Of a stretch of 64,000 bases of DNA, positions 1 to 9,883 are shown piece by piece (positions within the stretch are counted from its first letter, which is position 1; each line of letters begins with the position of its first letter). This DNA comes from Candidatus Aminicenantes bacterium (GTDB lineage Bacteria > Acidobacteriota > Aminicenantia > Aminicenantales > JAFGBC01), in NCBI GenBank assembly GCA_963702005.1, contig OY969696.1, positions 3,072,001 to 3,136,000 of the forward strand, given 5' to 3'. The notes beneath the pieces are model-generated. The model was given only the letters and a program-made list of their open reading frames with translations. It made no database searches and was not told where the DNA came from. The translations under genes and the position numbers were made by a program.

Positions 1-2437
1 GCGGGGGCGGCGAGGTCCGGGTCTTCAGGCTTCGCCCGACCGGGCGACGAGCCGCCGAGGAGGCAGGTTTTTTGAGGGTGACGGTGTCCTTCAGAAAGAG
101 GATGTTGTCGCCGAGCTTGGCATCCCGGAACTGTTCGAACCTATCTACGTAGGCGCCGATGTACAGGTAGACCTCATCATTGTAGTAATAGAAGCTCTCC
201 GGTATGGCCGCCTGCAGAGCGTTAACAGAGATGCTCATCGTCGTTTCGAAGGCGCCGCCGGGGGCGATAGCGGGGACAGTCGCTTTGGACAGAAAGAGAT
301 CGTCGTCGGTAATCGCATCGTCCAGGGACGCGTACAGCCAAACCAGCGTCGGACTCGAGGCCACGCTTCCGCCGTTCTTGATCCGAACGGTCGCTTTGAC
401 CTTATCCCCGGATTCCCAGATGAGTTTGGGCAGGCTCAACGAGGAGACCTCGAAATCGAATTTTCCCGCGGCCGGCAGGGGCGGCTTCAAGACAAAAAGG
501 CTGTTATAGTGTCGAAAGCCCTCTATCTGGTCGAGGTTGAGGGCGGCCCCGGGATCCTCTCCCCCGAAAACTGCCCAGGCGCTCCCGCTCACGTCATAGA
601 CTCCGGCCGATGCGCAGAGAGAACGACCGCCCTGGGTCAACAGCGTCCAGTTCGCTCCGTCCCAGCTCCAAGTGTCGTTCAGATAGACCCAGCGATAATT
701 GTAATATTCGTTGTAGTTGTTGGGATCCCGACAGATCCTGATCCCTTCCGTGAGGATGACACACTGCCGGAGGGCATCATAGAAAAGCACATGATAGCAC
801 CTGGCCTGCGGCCAATTTCCGGCGGCGGCGGATGCGGTCGGCTTGGCCTTAGCGGACCAAGTTGTTCCGTCAAATTCCCAGACCGTGTCAAAGAGAGGGG
901 GCCACATCCGGCTATATTCCGTGCCCTCTCCGCCGAACAAGACCAGTACGCCCCTTCGGGCGTCATAGGCCATAGCCGTGCCAAAGATCTCCCCGGATTC
1001 AGGGGAAACGGTCGTCAGGATCTGTGTCCAGGTTTGGGACTGCCACTGCCATTTAAAGGTCCTACAGTCCCGGCTGACCAGGATGAAGGTGCCTAATTTC
1101 GGATAATAAGCCATGGCTCCCGACGTCGCCGGGCCGTTGAGGGCCGCCTGGGTCCATCTCTGGCCGTTATAAGTCCAGGTGTCCTTCAGTGCTTGCCATT
1201 GGGAGTCCCAGCCGCCGTGGAGGACGACGACCTTCACCGCTTCGTCATAGGCCATCGAGGGGGACCGTCTCGCCGATGGTCCGCTCACGGCAATCTTCGT
1301 CCACCCGTTTTCGTCTCGCTCCCAGGTATCGTTGAATAACTTCAGGCTCACGCGGCTCGAGTCGGCTTCTCCGCCGAACAGCACCAGCTTCTTTCTTGAG
1401 GCATCGTAGGTGAGACCGTGGCGAGCCCTCGCGTCCGGAACGCTTAGGCTGATCTGAACCCAGCCATTATTCTTGAACGCCCAGGTGTCCGACAGGATAA
1501 GTGCCGTTCCCCGCCATCCCCCAAAGAGGAGGACCCGGTCCTGCTCGGAATCGTAGGCCATGGCGGCTCCGGCCCGGGCCGACGGGCCTCCGCTCGCGAT
1601 CTTGCTCCACTTACCGGCCTTGAATTGCCAAGTCGCGCCCAGGAGAGCCGTCCCCTTGAGGCCTCCAAAAAGAACGACCCGTTGGCGAGCCGAGTCGAAC
1701 GTCATGCTGGGCGTATTCCGCGCCCCGGGGTTCGGGCCAGCGATCTTGGTCCAGACGTTCCCCTTCAGGGCCCAGGTGTCGCTCAGATCGGCGGCGGCCA
1801 AACCTCCATAAAGGATGAACTCCCGGCGGACGGAATCATAGACCAGGGCGTGCTTCCATCGGGCGGGCGGAGCCGCGGCGATCGTCAGCTTGGTCCAGGC
1901 ACCGTTCTCGTACTTCCAGGTGTCATTCTCAAAGCCGGCGGCGGAACGTCCGCCGAAGAGGATGACGGCCTTGGATTCGCTGTCGTAGGCCATGGCGGCT
2001 CCCTCGCGCGCGGAGGGGCCCGCCGTCGCCGAGGCCTTGACCCAGCCGTTCTTGAAGAGCCACAGGTCGCCGCAGAGAATCCCGTAGGCCGCTCCTCCGA
2101 AAACCATCATTTCGCCCCTGGCCGCATGAAAGCAGGAGGCGAACCGGCTCCGAGCCGAAGGGACGGGGGCCGACGGCCCGGCTGAAAACCGTTTCCAGAC
2201 TCCATTTTGGAAAATCCAGGTGTCCTGATGGGCGCGGCCGTAGGCGATGCCGCCGAACAGGATCATACGTTTCTGCCCGGCGTCATAGACCATGCCGCTA
2301 TCGGTTCTATCAGACGGAGGAAAAATGAGCTTCCAAGGCCCCTCTTGGCCGAGAAGAGCCAGGGAGGCCGAATAAACCATGGCGGTCAAGGCAGCAACCC
2401 TCCAAAAAACAAGACGAGTCTGTTTTGTCGAATTCAT
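1..2437 (-). CDS. Secreted Kelch-repeat beta-propeller protein with C-terminal CARDB/Ig-like domain (3' end runs off the window)
   Basis: Absent from the ORF track because there is no stop in the window. Manual translation from ATG 2437 gives a signal peptide (MNSTKQTRLVFWRVAALTAMVYSASLALLG), repeated MAYD...LFGG...DTW Kelch motifs, then VKATVRIKNGGSVAS...VWLYASLDDAI. Confidence 0.85.
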   Translation of the reverse strand, partial: MNSTKQTRLVFWRVAALTAMVYSASLALLGQEGPWKLIFPPSDRTDSGMVYDAGQKRMILFGGIAYGRAHQDTWIFQNGVWKRFSAGPSAPVPSARSRFASCFHAARGEMMVFGGAAYGILCGDLWLFKNGWVKASATAGPSAREGAAMAYDSESKAVILFGGRSAAGFENDTWKYENGAWTKLTIAAAPPARWKHALVYDSVRREFILYGGLAAADLSDTWALKGNVWTKIAGPNPGARNTPSMTFDSARQRVVLFGGLKGTALLGATWQFKAGKWSKIASGGPSARAGAAMAYDSEQDRVLLFGGWRGTALILSDTWAFKNNGWVQISLSVPDARARHGLTYDASRKKLVLFGGEADSSRVSLKLFNDTWERDENGWTKIAVSGPSARRSPSMAYDEAVKVVVLHGGWDSQWQALKDTWTYNGQRWTQAALNGPATSGAMAYYPKLGTFILVSRDCRTFKWQWQSQTWTQILTTVSPESGEIFGTAMAYDARRGVLVLFGGEGTEYSRMWPPLFDTVWEFDGTTWSAKAKPTASAAAGNWPQARCYHVLFYDALRQCVILTEGIRICRDPNNYNEYYNYRWVYLNDTWSWDGANWTLLTQGGRSLCASAGVYDVSGSAWAVFGGEDPGAALNLDQIEGFRHYNSLFVLKPPLPAAGKFDFEVSSLSLPKLIWESGDKVKATVRIKNGGSVASSPTLVWLYASLDDAITDDDLFLSKATVPAIAPGGAFETTMSISVNALQAAIPESFYYYNDEVYLYIGAYVDRFEQFRDAKLGDNILFLKDTVTLKKPASSAARRPVGRSLKTRTSPPP

Positions 2438-2493
2438 TTTTTTCCCTCCGTGAAGATACCATGACACGCGTCTCCGGCGGTTTGGATCGAAAG

Positions 2494-2643
2494 TGACCTG
2501 CCCCCGATCAATGTGCCACCCCTGCATTGAGGTTTTCAAACCATTTCACCTCCGGCGCTGGCGGCTTATAGCCCATAGAATTGTACAGCCTAAAGTTATT
2601 GTATTCCTGTCGCCAGCCCTCGACAAGAACCTTTGCTTCCATC
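2494..2643 (-). mobile_element. IS3-family remnant: transposase 3' end plus terminal IR
   Basis: Minus strand reads MEAKVLVEGWRQEYNNFRLYNSMGYKPPAPE, then GGGGGCAGGTCA. Confidence 0.75.
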
Positions 2644-2656
2644 TGCGTTCTCATTC

Positions 2657-2725
2657 CCACTGTGTCACTTTTGTGTCACCTATTTGCATTATTCCATACA
2701 AACAATGCAAACGGCGGGAACAGTA
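2657..2725 (+). repeat. 69-bp direct repeat, copy 1 (copy 2 at 18840-18908); resembles an integrase arm region
   Basis: CCACTGTGTCACTTTTGTGTCACC...GGGAACAGTA, 67/69 identical to copy 2, with tandem TGTGTCAC motifs. Confidence 0.85.
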
Positions 2726-2760
2726 AAGATCCCCGCGGCAAGCCGCGGGGATCTTTACTG
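2721..2760. repeat. Perfect 19-bp inverted repeat (IS200/IS605- or REP-like hairpin)
   Basis: CAGTAAAGATCCCCGCGGC-AA-GCCGCGGGGATCTTTACTG. Confidence 0.75.
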
Positions 2761-2879
2761 ATAACCTCCACTTTGATCATATCATCCCCTTCACGCTTGG
2801 CGGCTCTTCTCTGGTGGCTGAGAATATTCAGCTTCTATGTGCGCGGCATAATATCGCAAAAAAAGATAAGATCGAATAA
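2760..2879 (+). pseudogene. 3' fragment of an HNH endonuclease
   Basis: Reads DNLHFDHIIPFTLGGSSLVAENIQLLCARHNIAKKDKIE* (DH..P...GG....N...LC..HN motif); no start codon. Confidence 0.8.
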
Positions 2880-3259
2880 ATCGAGAGAACGGTCACAATT
2901 TGGTCACAATCCTCTCTTAGTGGAGTTGCCCCTCCCCTGTTTCTGATTGATATTATAGGAGATCTAGGGTGCTTCCGGCGCGAGGGCGTTGGAGGGGGTA
3001 TCTGGACTTGCCCTGGGTGTACTGAAATTATATCCAGAAATCGATATTCAGCTGCCTAGCGCCGAGCTCGGTGGTCTGATATGATCACCTTTCAGGTTCC
3101 GTAGCCTAGCTCCATATTGGAGCATAGAGGAAGGCTAGCGCGAGAGCCAAACGCCGAACCGGCAGCTTGTCATTTGAAATTCTTTACCGAATTGGCTAAA
3201 ATTAAGCCCACCTGAATGCTGGTTGTCGGCTGAAGGCTTAAGGTTTAGCAAAGACAACT

Positions 3260-3898
3260 ATGACTAGCTCACGGGAGGTCGCTCTGATGCATTTTCAAAA
3301 AGTCAATGTCGGGTCTCTGATGCTTGGGGTCTTGCTGGCTTTTACGGCCGGAAATGGCTTCAGTAACGCCGCGGCGCAAATCAGCTCAGAAAAATGGTTA
3401 TATTTCAAGTTCAAGTCCGGACAGTTTTTTCGATATGAGATGAAGTCGGAGAGGGGGCTCAAAGGCTGGCTAAGCATCAAAATCGAAGACGGGAGCAACG
3501 GAGTCTTGAATGTGACTCTTGCCGGGAACTGGACGGGAGAGTTTTCGGAAACCGCTAAGCTGAAACCGGGCATGTCGCCTTTTGATCTCGTCTATGCCTT
3601 CAAGAACGCCGAGATCTCAAATGCCGCAGGCAGCCTTCTCAACATCGACGCCGTAGTCGTTGACAATACGATGTGGAAGGATGGTTTTCACTGGGCTCAG
3701 GGCGACACATCCATTGACGTCAAGGGCGAGAAGGAATGTGCCGGGATCAAAGGGCTGCTTGTTGTTTACGGCAGCAAAGTCTTTGGAAGGGTTCAGAAAA
3801 GAACCTACGGCGTGAATTCCGATCTCCCCCTTCCTCTTTATGCCGAGGTTCCTGCGGCCAACGATACCTGGACTTACACATTGGTGGAAAGAAAATAG
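3260..3898 (+). CDS. Exported hypothetical protein (start possibly 3287)
   Basis: 212-aa ORF with hydrophobic signal peptide; GGAGG precedes ATG 3287. Confidence 0.7.
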   Translation: MTSSREVALMHFQKVNVGSLMLGVLLAFTAGNGFSNAAAQISSEKWLYFKFKSGQFFRYEMKSERGLKGWLSIKIEDGSNGVLNVTLAGNWTGEFSETAKLKPGMSPFDLVYAFKNAEISNAAGSLLNIDAVVVDNTMWKDGFHWAQGDTSIDVKGEKECAGIKGLLVVYGSKVFGRVQKRTYGVNSDLPLPLYAEVPAANDTWTYTLVERK

Positions 3899-4038
3899 AT
3901 TTAAGAAACCGACAAAACCGCTATTTCCGTTTCTGACATCAACAGGTAATCTCAGCGCCCCCACTGTACGGGGCGCTGCATGGTAACGCCCATTTCGTCG
4001 ATGATATCCTGGGTACTGTCCCTTTCTCTTGCTCAAAA

Positions 4039-5098
4039 TGGACCTCATCCCTTAAAAATGGTCCGGACATGAAGAAGTACGGGGGGCTGGGCGTCTCGGA
4101 GCTGCGGCGGCTGAGGCAGCTTGAGGAGGAAAACCGGCAGCTCAAGCGCCTGGTGGCGGATTTAACGCTCGACAAGCCGATGCTCCAGGATGTCCTCTCC
4201 AAAAAATTCTGAAGCCAGCTCAGAGGCGGGAGCGAGTGGTTGCTCTCGAGGAGGCCTATTGGGTGAGCGAACGGCGGGCCTGCCGGGTCGTCGGGTTCTG
4301 CCGTTGACAGCCGTACGTCCCACCGGTATCGCTCGCACCGCAGAGACGACCGGGCCCTGCGGCAGCGGATCGTCGAGATCGCGGAGACGCGCGTTCGGTA
4401 CGGGTATCGGCGGGTCCATGTTCTGCTTCGGCGCGAGGGCTGGCGCGTCAATCATAAGCGGACCTATCGGATCTACTGCGAAGAGGGGCTTCACTTGAGG
4501 AGGAAACGACCTCGTCGACATGTCTCTGGAAGCCGGCGGATGGCGCGGCCGGAAGCTGACCGTCTCAACGCCTGCTGGAGCATGGACTTTGTCTCAGACA
4601 GCCTCTTTAACGGCCACCGGTTCCGGGCCTTAACGATAGTCGATAATTATAGTCAGGAGTATCTGGCCATCGAAGCCGGCCAGAGCATGACGGGCGCGGA
4701 AGTCGCGGCTGTCATCGAGCGGCTGGTGAAGGAGCGGGGCGCTCCGGACCGCATCCAATGCGACAACGGCAGCGAATTTATCTCAAGGGCATTGGATAAG
4801 TGGGCGTATGAAAACGGGGTCATGATGGACTTCTCAAGGCCCGGTAAGCCTATGGATAACGCGATGATCGAGTCGTTCAACGGTTCATTCCGGGACGAAT
4901 GCTTGAACGTCAATTGGTTCTTGTCGATGGAGGATGCCCGGGAGAAGATAGAGAAGTGGCGAATGGATTACAATGAGTTCCGGCCGCACAGTTCGCTCGG
5001 AGACTTGACGCCGAGGCAATTCGTTGATACATACAAGAGAAGCTTAAAAAGCCAAAAAACTCCATTTTTGGCTGGACCAGTTTTCGGGTGAGGCGCCC
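4039..5098 (+). mobile_element. IS3-family element, defective (orfA 5' deletion, frameshifted orfB)
   Basis: Left end TGGACCTCATCCCTTAAAAATGGTCC; rve integrase motifs WSMDFV, DNGSEF, NAMIESFNG at 4495-5091; near-identical to 12710-13935. Confidence 0.9.
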
Positions 5099-5233
5099 AT
5101 TCCAAGGTCTTTCTCATCATACCTGGACCGATCTTCAGGGGGCAGGTCAGTTTCGTATGTTTTTTTCGTAGGAGGCCGGCACGGAAATGCTTCTCGCCTT
5201 AATAAGCTCTTCGGCGCCGTGGCGAGAGATTGT

Positions 5234-7465
5234 TCACATCTTAGCGAGGCCTATGGTAAAAATATTTTTTGCGCCTTTCTCAACATGAATCTTAGTCCTC
5301 TTTGTCTGATATCCTAAAGAGCTAACTTGTATTTCATATTCTCCTGCAAATCCTTTAAAGACAAATTTTCCATCGCCAGAAGCTGCGCCTTCCCCACTTG
5401 TAACCCAGCTTCCCAATAAATCCCGTAGCCTAAAAAAGGCTTTTTTCGGCTTCAAGTATCTATCAAATAATCCAACGTTAGCATAACCGTTGTTTGGATC
5501 ATCAAAAGTCGCGAGCCAGATGACGCCAAGACAGCTTGGCTTACTGAAAGCTAGAGTGTAGAGATAGCGGGCATAAGCTGCTTGGGCTTCTTCACTGAGA
5601 CCATGCCAATACCACTTGGGAATCAGGCCACAGCCAGGTTTATAGTATTTTTTATCCGATTCCTTCAAAGGACCGGACGGAAGCCACGCTTCCGATATGA
5701 AGTAAGGCTTCTTTGCGGCGCCATAGTAGTCTAGGATCTGGCTTAATCTCAACATATCAATTGGCGGATAAGCAGTGCCGTAATATATTTCTAGGCCTAG
5801 AGCGTCATAATCTACCCCTTTTTGCTTCAACTTCTCATCGAGCTTCAAGCCATAGGGAACAGAAGAAATGGGTATGTTCATTGGATTGTAGGCGGGCCAT
5901 GCGATCCATCCCAGGTTGAAGTATAAAGTCGACTCTGGATTGGCTGTTTTCCCGGCTCTGTAAATGCCGGCCATAACCGATACGAGCCCTGCTTCGTTGA
6001 GGTCGGTGATCTCATTGAACCAAACAGCCTGTTCTGGTTCGTTGAAGACATTCCATAGCCAAATTTTTTGTTTAAAATGCGAAATTAAATCGCGCACGAA
6101 TTTCTGAGCGAGCGCCTTGAATTCCTCGACATTTCTTCCTTTAGCATTCTCCGGTTCAGAGGCGCTTCCTATCCACACCAGCCCGCCATCGGCAACGAGA
6201 CTCTTCAATCCCGCCCTGGAAATCTTTTCATACAGCCAATCATTGGAAGAAATATCCTTGGCCAGGACAGTCCAGGGGAGTTCAATATGCATATAGTTGA
6301 ATCCCGCGCTCAAACAATCTAACAGGACCTTTTGATAATCATAATCGCCAAAATACCAACCCCCGACATATCCTCCGCCGAAAGCGAAGTCATGCGATTT
6401 TTGATCATATTGAATCTTGAAATCCGGGATTCTTTCCCCTGTTCCATCGACGGCAACAATCTTAACATCCAGCTTTCTGTACTTTTCGATATCCTGCTCT
6501 GCCGATTTTAAGGCTAATGATTCCTTAGCTTTCAATGTATTCGTCAAAGATTTATAGGCTGCTTGTGATATTAATTTTTCGTCTCTGCAAGACATCGATT
6601 CACTTGCCATCGCGCCAGCGGCAGCGATCAAGGAAGACACATCATGGAAAAAAGCATACCCCTTTGACCTATATTCATTATATAAATCTCGCAATTTCCG
6701 CGACTCTGTCTTAGCAAATTCAGCCACGATATCCAATGTCAGGAGTTCCGATTGATTCACGGCATATCCCGCCCCTCCATTATCCGCCTCCAATATCACG
6801 GAGCCAACAGAGGGAACTTCCCATAAGCCAAGGATCTTCACTTTCATTCCTACAGGAATGAGCATGACAGCGGGATTCTTGTCTGTCCCATCTTCCCATC
6901 CCCAGAAAACCGGCTTCAGGCTCCCCTTCTGACTATGGATATCATTACCATAAGGCTGTAAATCAACGGGGAATATGCCAAAACATGATGCATCAAAAAA
7001 GTCTTGCCGATACATGAGGTTCCCTTTAGGGTCAAGGCTCTTAAGCCAGATCGTCCCGGCTTTTCCCAAGATAAAATTGACATTGGTGACATGAGTCACG
7101 GCTATTTTTCTATCTTGCTGCATCCAAGTTGAAGGTAACCGAACGTTCCCAATCTGTATGACGGCACCAGGCTCAGCGCTGATCCAATAGCTATTTTCTT
7201 TTGTTACCGAAATTTCATACCTGCCATTTTTATCCGTATATCCAAAGCCAAGTTGCGCCCCATTCTGCACTGAAGTCACGCCAATATAAATACGCTCTAT
7301 TGGCAAACCCATCGGGTCCGTTACCCGACCTGTTATCTTAATTTTATTAATGGCTTCAAAGCCGGCCAATAAATCATTATTTGTAAGATTAGAAATCGCA
7401 GGTCGATTATGACCGATAAGCATAAAAGGAACGATAAACAATAAGCCGAAACAATTACGCTTCAT
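5234..7465 (-). CDS. Secreted clan GH-A glycoside hydrolase (GH10-like) with N-terminal carboxypeptidase-regulatory-like domain
   Basis: 743 aa; signal peptide; ITGRVTD...GYTDKNGRYEI; WNVFNEP acid/base motif; YFISE nucleophile; GLFDRYLKPKKA. Confidence 0.75.
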   Translation of the reverse strand: MKRNCFGLLFIVPFMLIGHNRPAISNLTNNDLLAGFEAINKIKITGRVTDPMGLPIERIYIGVTSVQNGAQLGFGYTDKNGRYEISVTKENSYWISAEPGAVIQIGNVRLPSTWMQQDRKIAVTHVTNVNFILGKAGTIWLKSLDPKGNLMYRQDFFDASCFGIFPVDLQPYGNDIHSQKGSLKPVFWGWEDGTDKNPAVMLIPVGMKVKILGLWEVPSVGSVILEADNGGAGYAVNQSELLTLDIVAEFAKTESRKLRDLYNEYRSKGYAFFHDVSSLIAAAGAMASESMSCRDEKLISQAAYKSLTNTLKAKESLALKSAEQDIEKYRKLDVKIVAVDGTGERIPDFKIQYDQKSHDFAFGGGYVGGWYFGDYDYQKVLLDCLSAGFNYMHIELPWTVLAKDISSNDWLYEKISRAGLKSLVADGGLVWIGSASEPENAKGRNVEEFKALAQKFVRDLISHFKQKIWLWNVFNEPEQAVWFNEITDLNEAGLVSVMAGIYRAGKTANPESTLYFNLGWIAWPAYNPMNIPISSVPYGLKLDEKLKQKGVDYDALGLEIYYGTAYPPIDMLRLSQILDYYGAAKKPYFISEAWLPSGPLKESDKKYYKPGCGLIPKWYWHGLSEEAQAAYARYLYTLAFSKPSCLGVIWLATFDDPNNGYANVGLFDRYLKPKKAFFRLRDLLGSWVTSGEGAASGDGKFVFKGFAGEYEIQVSSLGYQTKRTKIHVEKGAKNIFTIGLAKM

Positions 7466-7782
7466 AGAAAGCCTTCCTTGCCCTTGGCTATGATATCCTG
7501 CTATTTCGCGTCGAAAATCTCATCACGCCGCTTTTGGATAACTTATATCAAGGCTCAAAGCCTGTCAAGGACGGCTCGAGAGAACGGAGAGACGGCGATG
7601 ATGAAAGGCATTATTCAACTCCAGACTCCCCTTTAGGCGAATATAATTGCTTATTCCCGGCTGGTCTAGTAGCTTTATAGACTTCTCCCCATGTAACGCC
7701 GGTGTAACAGATTGTGCCTAATCTCGCTTAATCTTGGCTAATGGTGCTTAAAGGGATTCAGAGGAAAACAAGGAAAAAGGAG

Positions 7783-7855
7783 CGCGCCCGGCAAGATTCG
7801 AACTTGCGACCTTTGGATTCGAAGTCCATCGCTCTATCCACTGAGCTACGGGCGC
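7783..7855 (-). tRNA. tRNA-Arg(TCG); CCA not encoded
   Basis: GCGCCCGTAGCTCAGTGGATAGAGCGATGGACTTCGAATCCAAAGGTCGCAAGTTCGAATCTTGCCGGGCGCG folds into a cloverleaf with anticodon TCG. Confidence 0.97.
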
Positions 7856-7968
7856 GCATTGAGTCTATCTTATTGATTTTAATTAAATGGCTGTTCTTGA
7901 CTCGTCTCATCGCCGGGTGGCTCATTCTTATCAATTCTTTGCGCTTATCAGACTAATCGGTTCAATCG

Positions 7969-9330
7969 TTAATACTTAATGGTCGCGTAGTCGTAATTGG
8001 TGCCTGAACCCCAACTCGTTCCGGCGACATAGATATGGCCCGAGCCGTCTACGGCAATGGCCTCTGCTTCATCCCTGCCCTTACCGGGCCCGTTGTACCT
8101 TTTTGCCCAGAGCTGGTTGCCGTTTGTGTTGTACTTAACGGTGGCGTAGTCGGTCCCGGTGTCTGAACCATAGCTATGTCCAGTGACATAGACATTGCCC
8201 GAGCCGTCCGCGGCAATAGCATATGCAGAGTCATAACCATTTCCTGGCCCGTTGTATCTCTTGACCCAGAGCTGTTTACCGCTTGTGTTGTACTTGATGG
8301 TGGCGTAGTCATAATCGGTACCTGAGCCTTTGCTCGTTCCGGTGACATAGACATTGCCCGAGCCGTCCACCGCAATGGCCGATGCGTCATCAGAGCCGTT
8401 ATCTGGCCCGTCATAGTTTTTTACCCAGAGCTGTTTGCCGTTTGGGCTGTACTTGATGGTGGCGTAGTCGTATGCAGTCCATGAACCCCAACACGTTCCG
8501 GTGACATAGACATTGCCCGAGCCGTCCACCGCAATGGCCTCTGCGTAATCATTGTTGTCTTCACTGTCACCGGGCCCGTTGTACCTTTTTGCCCAGAGCT
8601 GGTTTCCGTTTGTGTTGTACTTGATGGTGGCGTAGTCGGTCCCGGTGTCTGAACCATAGCCATGTCCAGTGACATAGACATTGCCCGAGCCGTCCACCGC
8701 AATCGCTGTTGCATCATCATAGTTATGACCCGGACCGTCGTACCTGCCGACCCAAAGCTGTTTTCCGTTTGTGTTGTACTTTATGGTGGCGTAGTCGTAA
8801 TCGGTGCCTGAACCCCGGCTATGTCCGGTGACATAAACATTGCCCGAAGCGTCCACTGCAATGGCCGATGCGTAATCTTCGCCGTTACCTGGACCGTTGT
8901 ACCTTTTTACCCAGAGCTGGTTGCCGTTTGGGCTGTACTTGATGGTGGCATAGTCGCGAACGAGGCTTGAGCCCGAGCTCGAACCGGTCACGTAGACATT
9001 CCCCGAACCGTCCGCGGCAATGGCCTCTGCGTAATCATACCAGTTACCTGGCCCGTTGTACCTTTTTACCCAGAGCTGTTTGCCGTTTGTGTTGTACTTG
9101 ATGGTGGCGTAGTCGTAATGAGTGCCTGAGCCCCAGCTATGTCCGGTGACATAGACATTGCCCAAGCGGTCCACCGCAAGCCCCGATATCCAATCTTCGC
9201 CGTTACCTGGCCCGTTATACCTCGCCACCCACTTCTCTTGTTGGGCAAGGCCGTGCGCCCTTCCCAAAGGAATCAACAAGGGGACACAAACAAGAATTGA
9301 ACTGATGGTGATCCAAACCCTCTTCTTCAT
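7969..9330 (-). CDS. Secreted SBBP-repeat (seven-bladed beta-propeller) protein
   Basis: About 8 repeats of W..RYNGP.N..D.A.AIAVDGSGNVYVTG.S.G..T..DYATIKY; signal peptide; AGGAGG RBS. Confidence 0.92.
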   Translation of the reverse strand: MKKRVWITISSILVCVPLLIPLGRAHGLAQQEKWVARYNGPGNGEDWISGLAVDRLGNVYVTGHSWGSGTHYDYATIKYNTNGKQLWVKRYNGPGNWYDYAEAIAADGSGNVYVTGSSSGSSLVRDYATIKYSPNGNQLWVKRYNGPGNGEDYASAIAVDASGNVYVTGHSRGSGTDYDYATIKYNTNGKQLWVGRYDGPGHNYDDATAIAVDGSGNVYVTGHGYGSDTGTDYATIKYNTNGNQLWAKRYNGPGDSEDNNDYAEAIAVDGSGNVYVTGTCWGSWTAYDYATIKYSPNGKQLWVKNYDGPDNGSDDASAIAVDGSGNVYVTGTSKGSGTDYDYATIKYNTSGKQLWVKRYNGPGNGYDSAYAIAADGSGNVYVTGHSYGSDTGTDYATVKYNTNGNQLWAKRYNGPGKGRDEAEAIAVDGSGHIYVAGTSWGSGTNYDYATIKY

Positions 9331-9668
9331 CTCACTCCTCCTTAAAGCCTCACCATTCTTTTATCCAGAAGGCATCGGCAGGACGCCTCTTGAGCTTGGC
9401 GGGCGAGTTGCCCCTTCAAGGGCGTGGTGAAAGGCCGTTCCGAGCGCTAAATCTCCCCTCCTGATCACGATAGTATAGTAATGCCGCCACATAGTTCTAT
9501 TCAAGTGACGAAAACTTGTGCAGAAAAAATTGACGGGATTAGTGACGTGTTCAAACGGAATTACCTAAGAATACCTAAGACTATTTAAGACAAATCAACG
9601 TTCTGATATTCAATGAATTAAGGCCATTTTCAGGGAAAAACAGGCTAAAGTGTCTTACAGCTTAGATC

Positions 9669-9709
9669 GGATTCGAAGTCCATCGCTCTATCCACTGAGC
9701 TACGGGCGC
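9669..9709 (-). repeat. Duplicated 5' half of tRNA-Arg(TCG), probable att site
   Basis: 41 nt identical to 7815-7855, ending just after the anticodon arm. Confidence 0.92.
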
Positions 9710-9722
9710 ATCCAGGAGTACA

Positions 9723-9752
9723 ATCTTATCTCATCTGGCCGAGCGACCTCAA
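9723..9752 (-). promoter_or_regulatory. Putative sigma70 promoter of the truncated tRNA copy
   Basis: TTGAGG-18 nt-TAAGAT just upstream of 9709. Confidence 0.45.
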
Positions 9753-9764
9753 GAGCGTCCTGAT

Positions 9765-9829
9765 GGACCTGCCCCCGCTCAATATCCCACCTCTGAAGTG
9801 AGATTTTCGAGCGTTTGGGTGGCAGGTCA
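9765..9829. mobile_element. 65-bp MITE-like IS3 derivative
   Basis: GGACCTGCCCCC...GGGTGGCAGGTCA terminal IRs; interior resembles 18738-18790. Confidence 0.65.
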
Positions 9830-9883
9830 GCAATTGTAATCCTTTTTTAATATTAATAATTTAGCGTGATTTCTCTTATCTAT

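Noticed and set aside
204-2464. Plus-strand ORFs listed in the track
   Set aside because: They are shadows of the long minus-strand Kelch gene.
7969-9330. Regular ~160-bp nucleotide repeats as a possible CRISPR array
   Set aside because: They are in-frame SBBP protein repeats without unique spacers; no cas genes are present.
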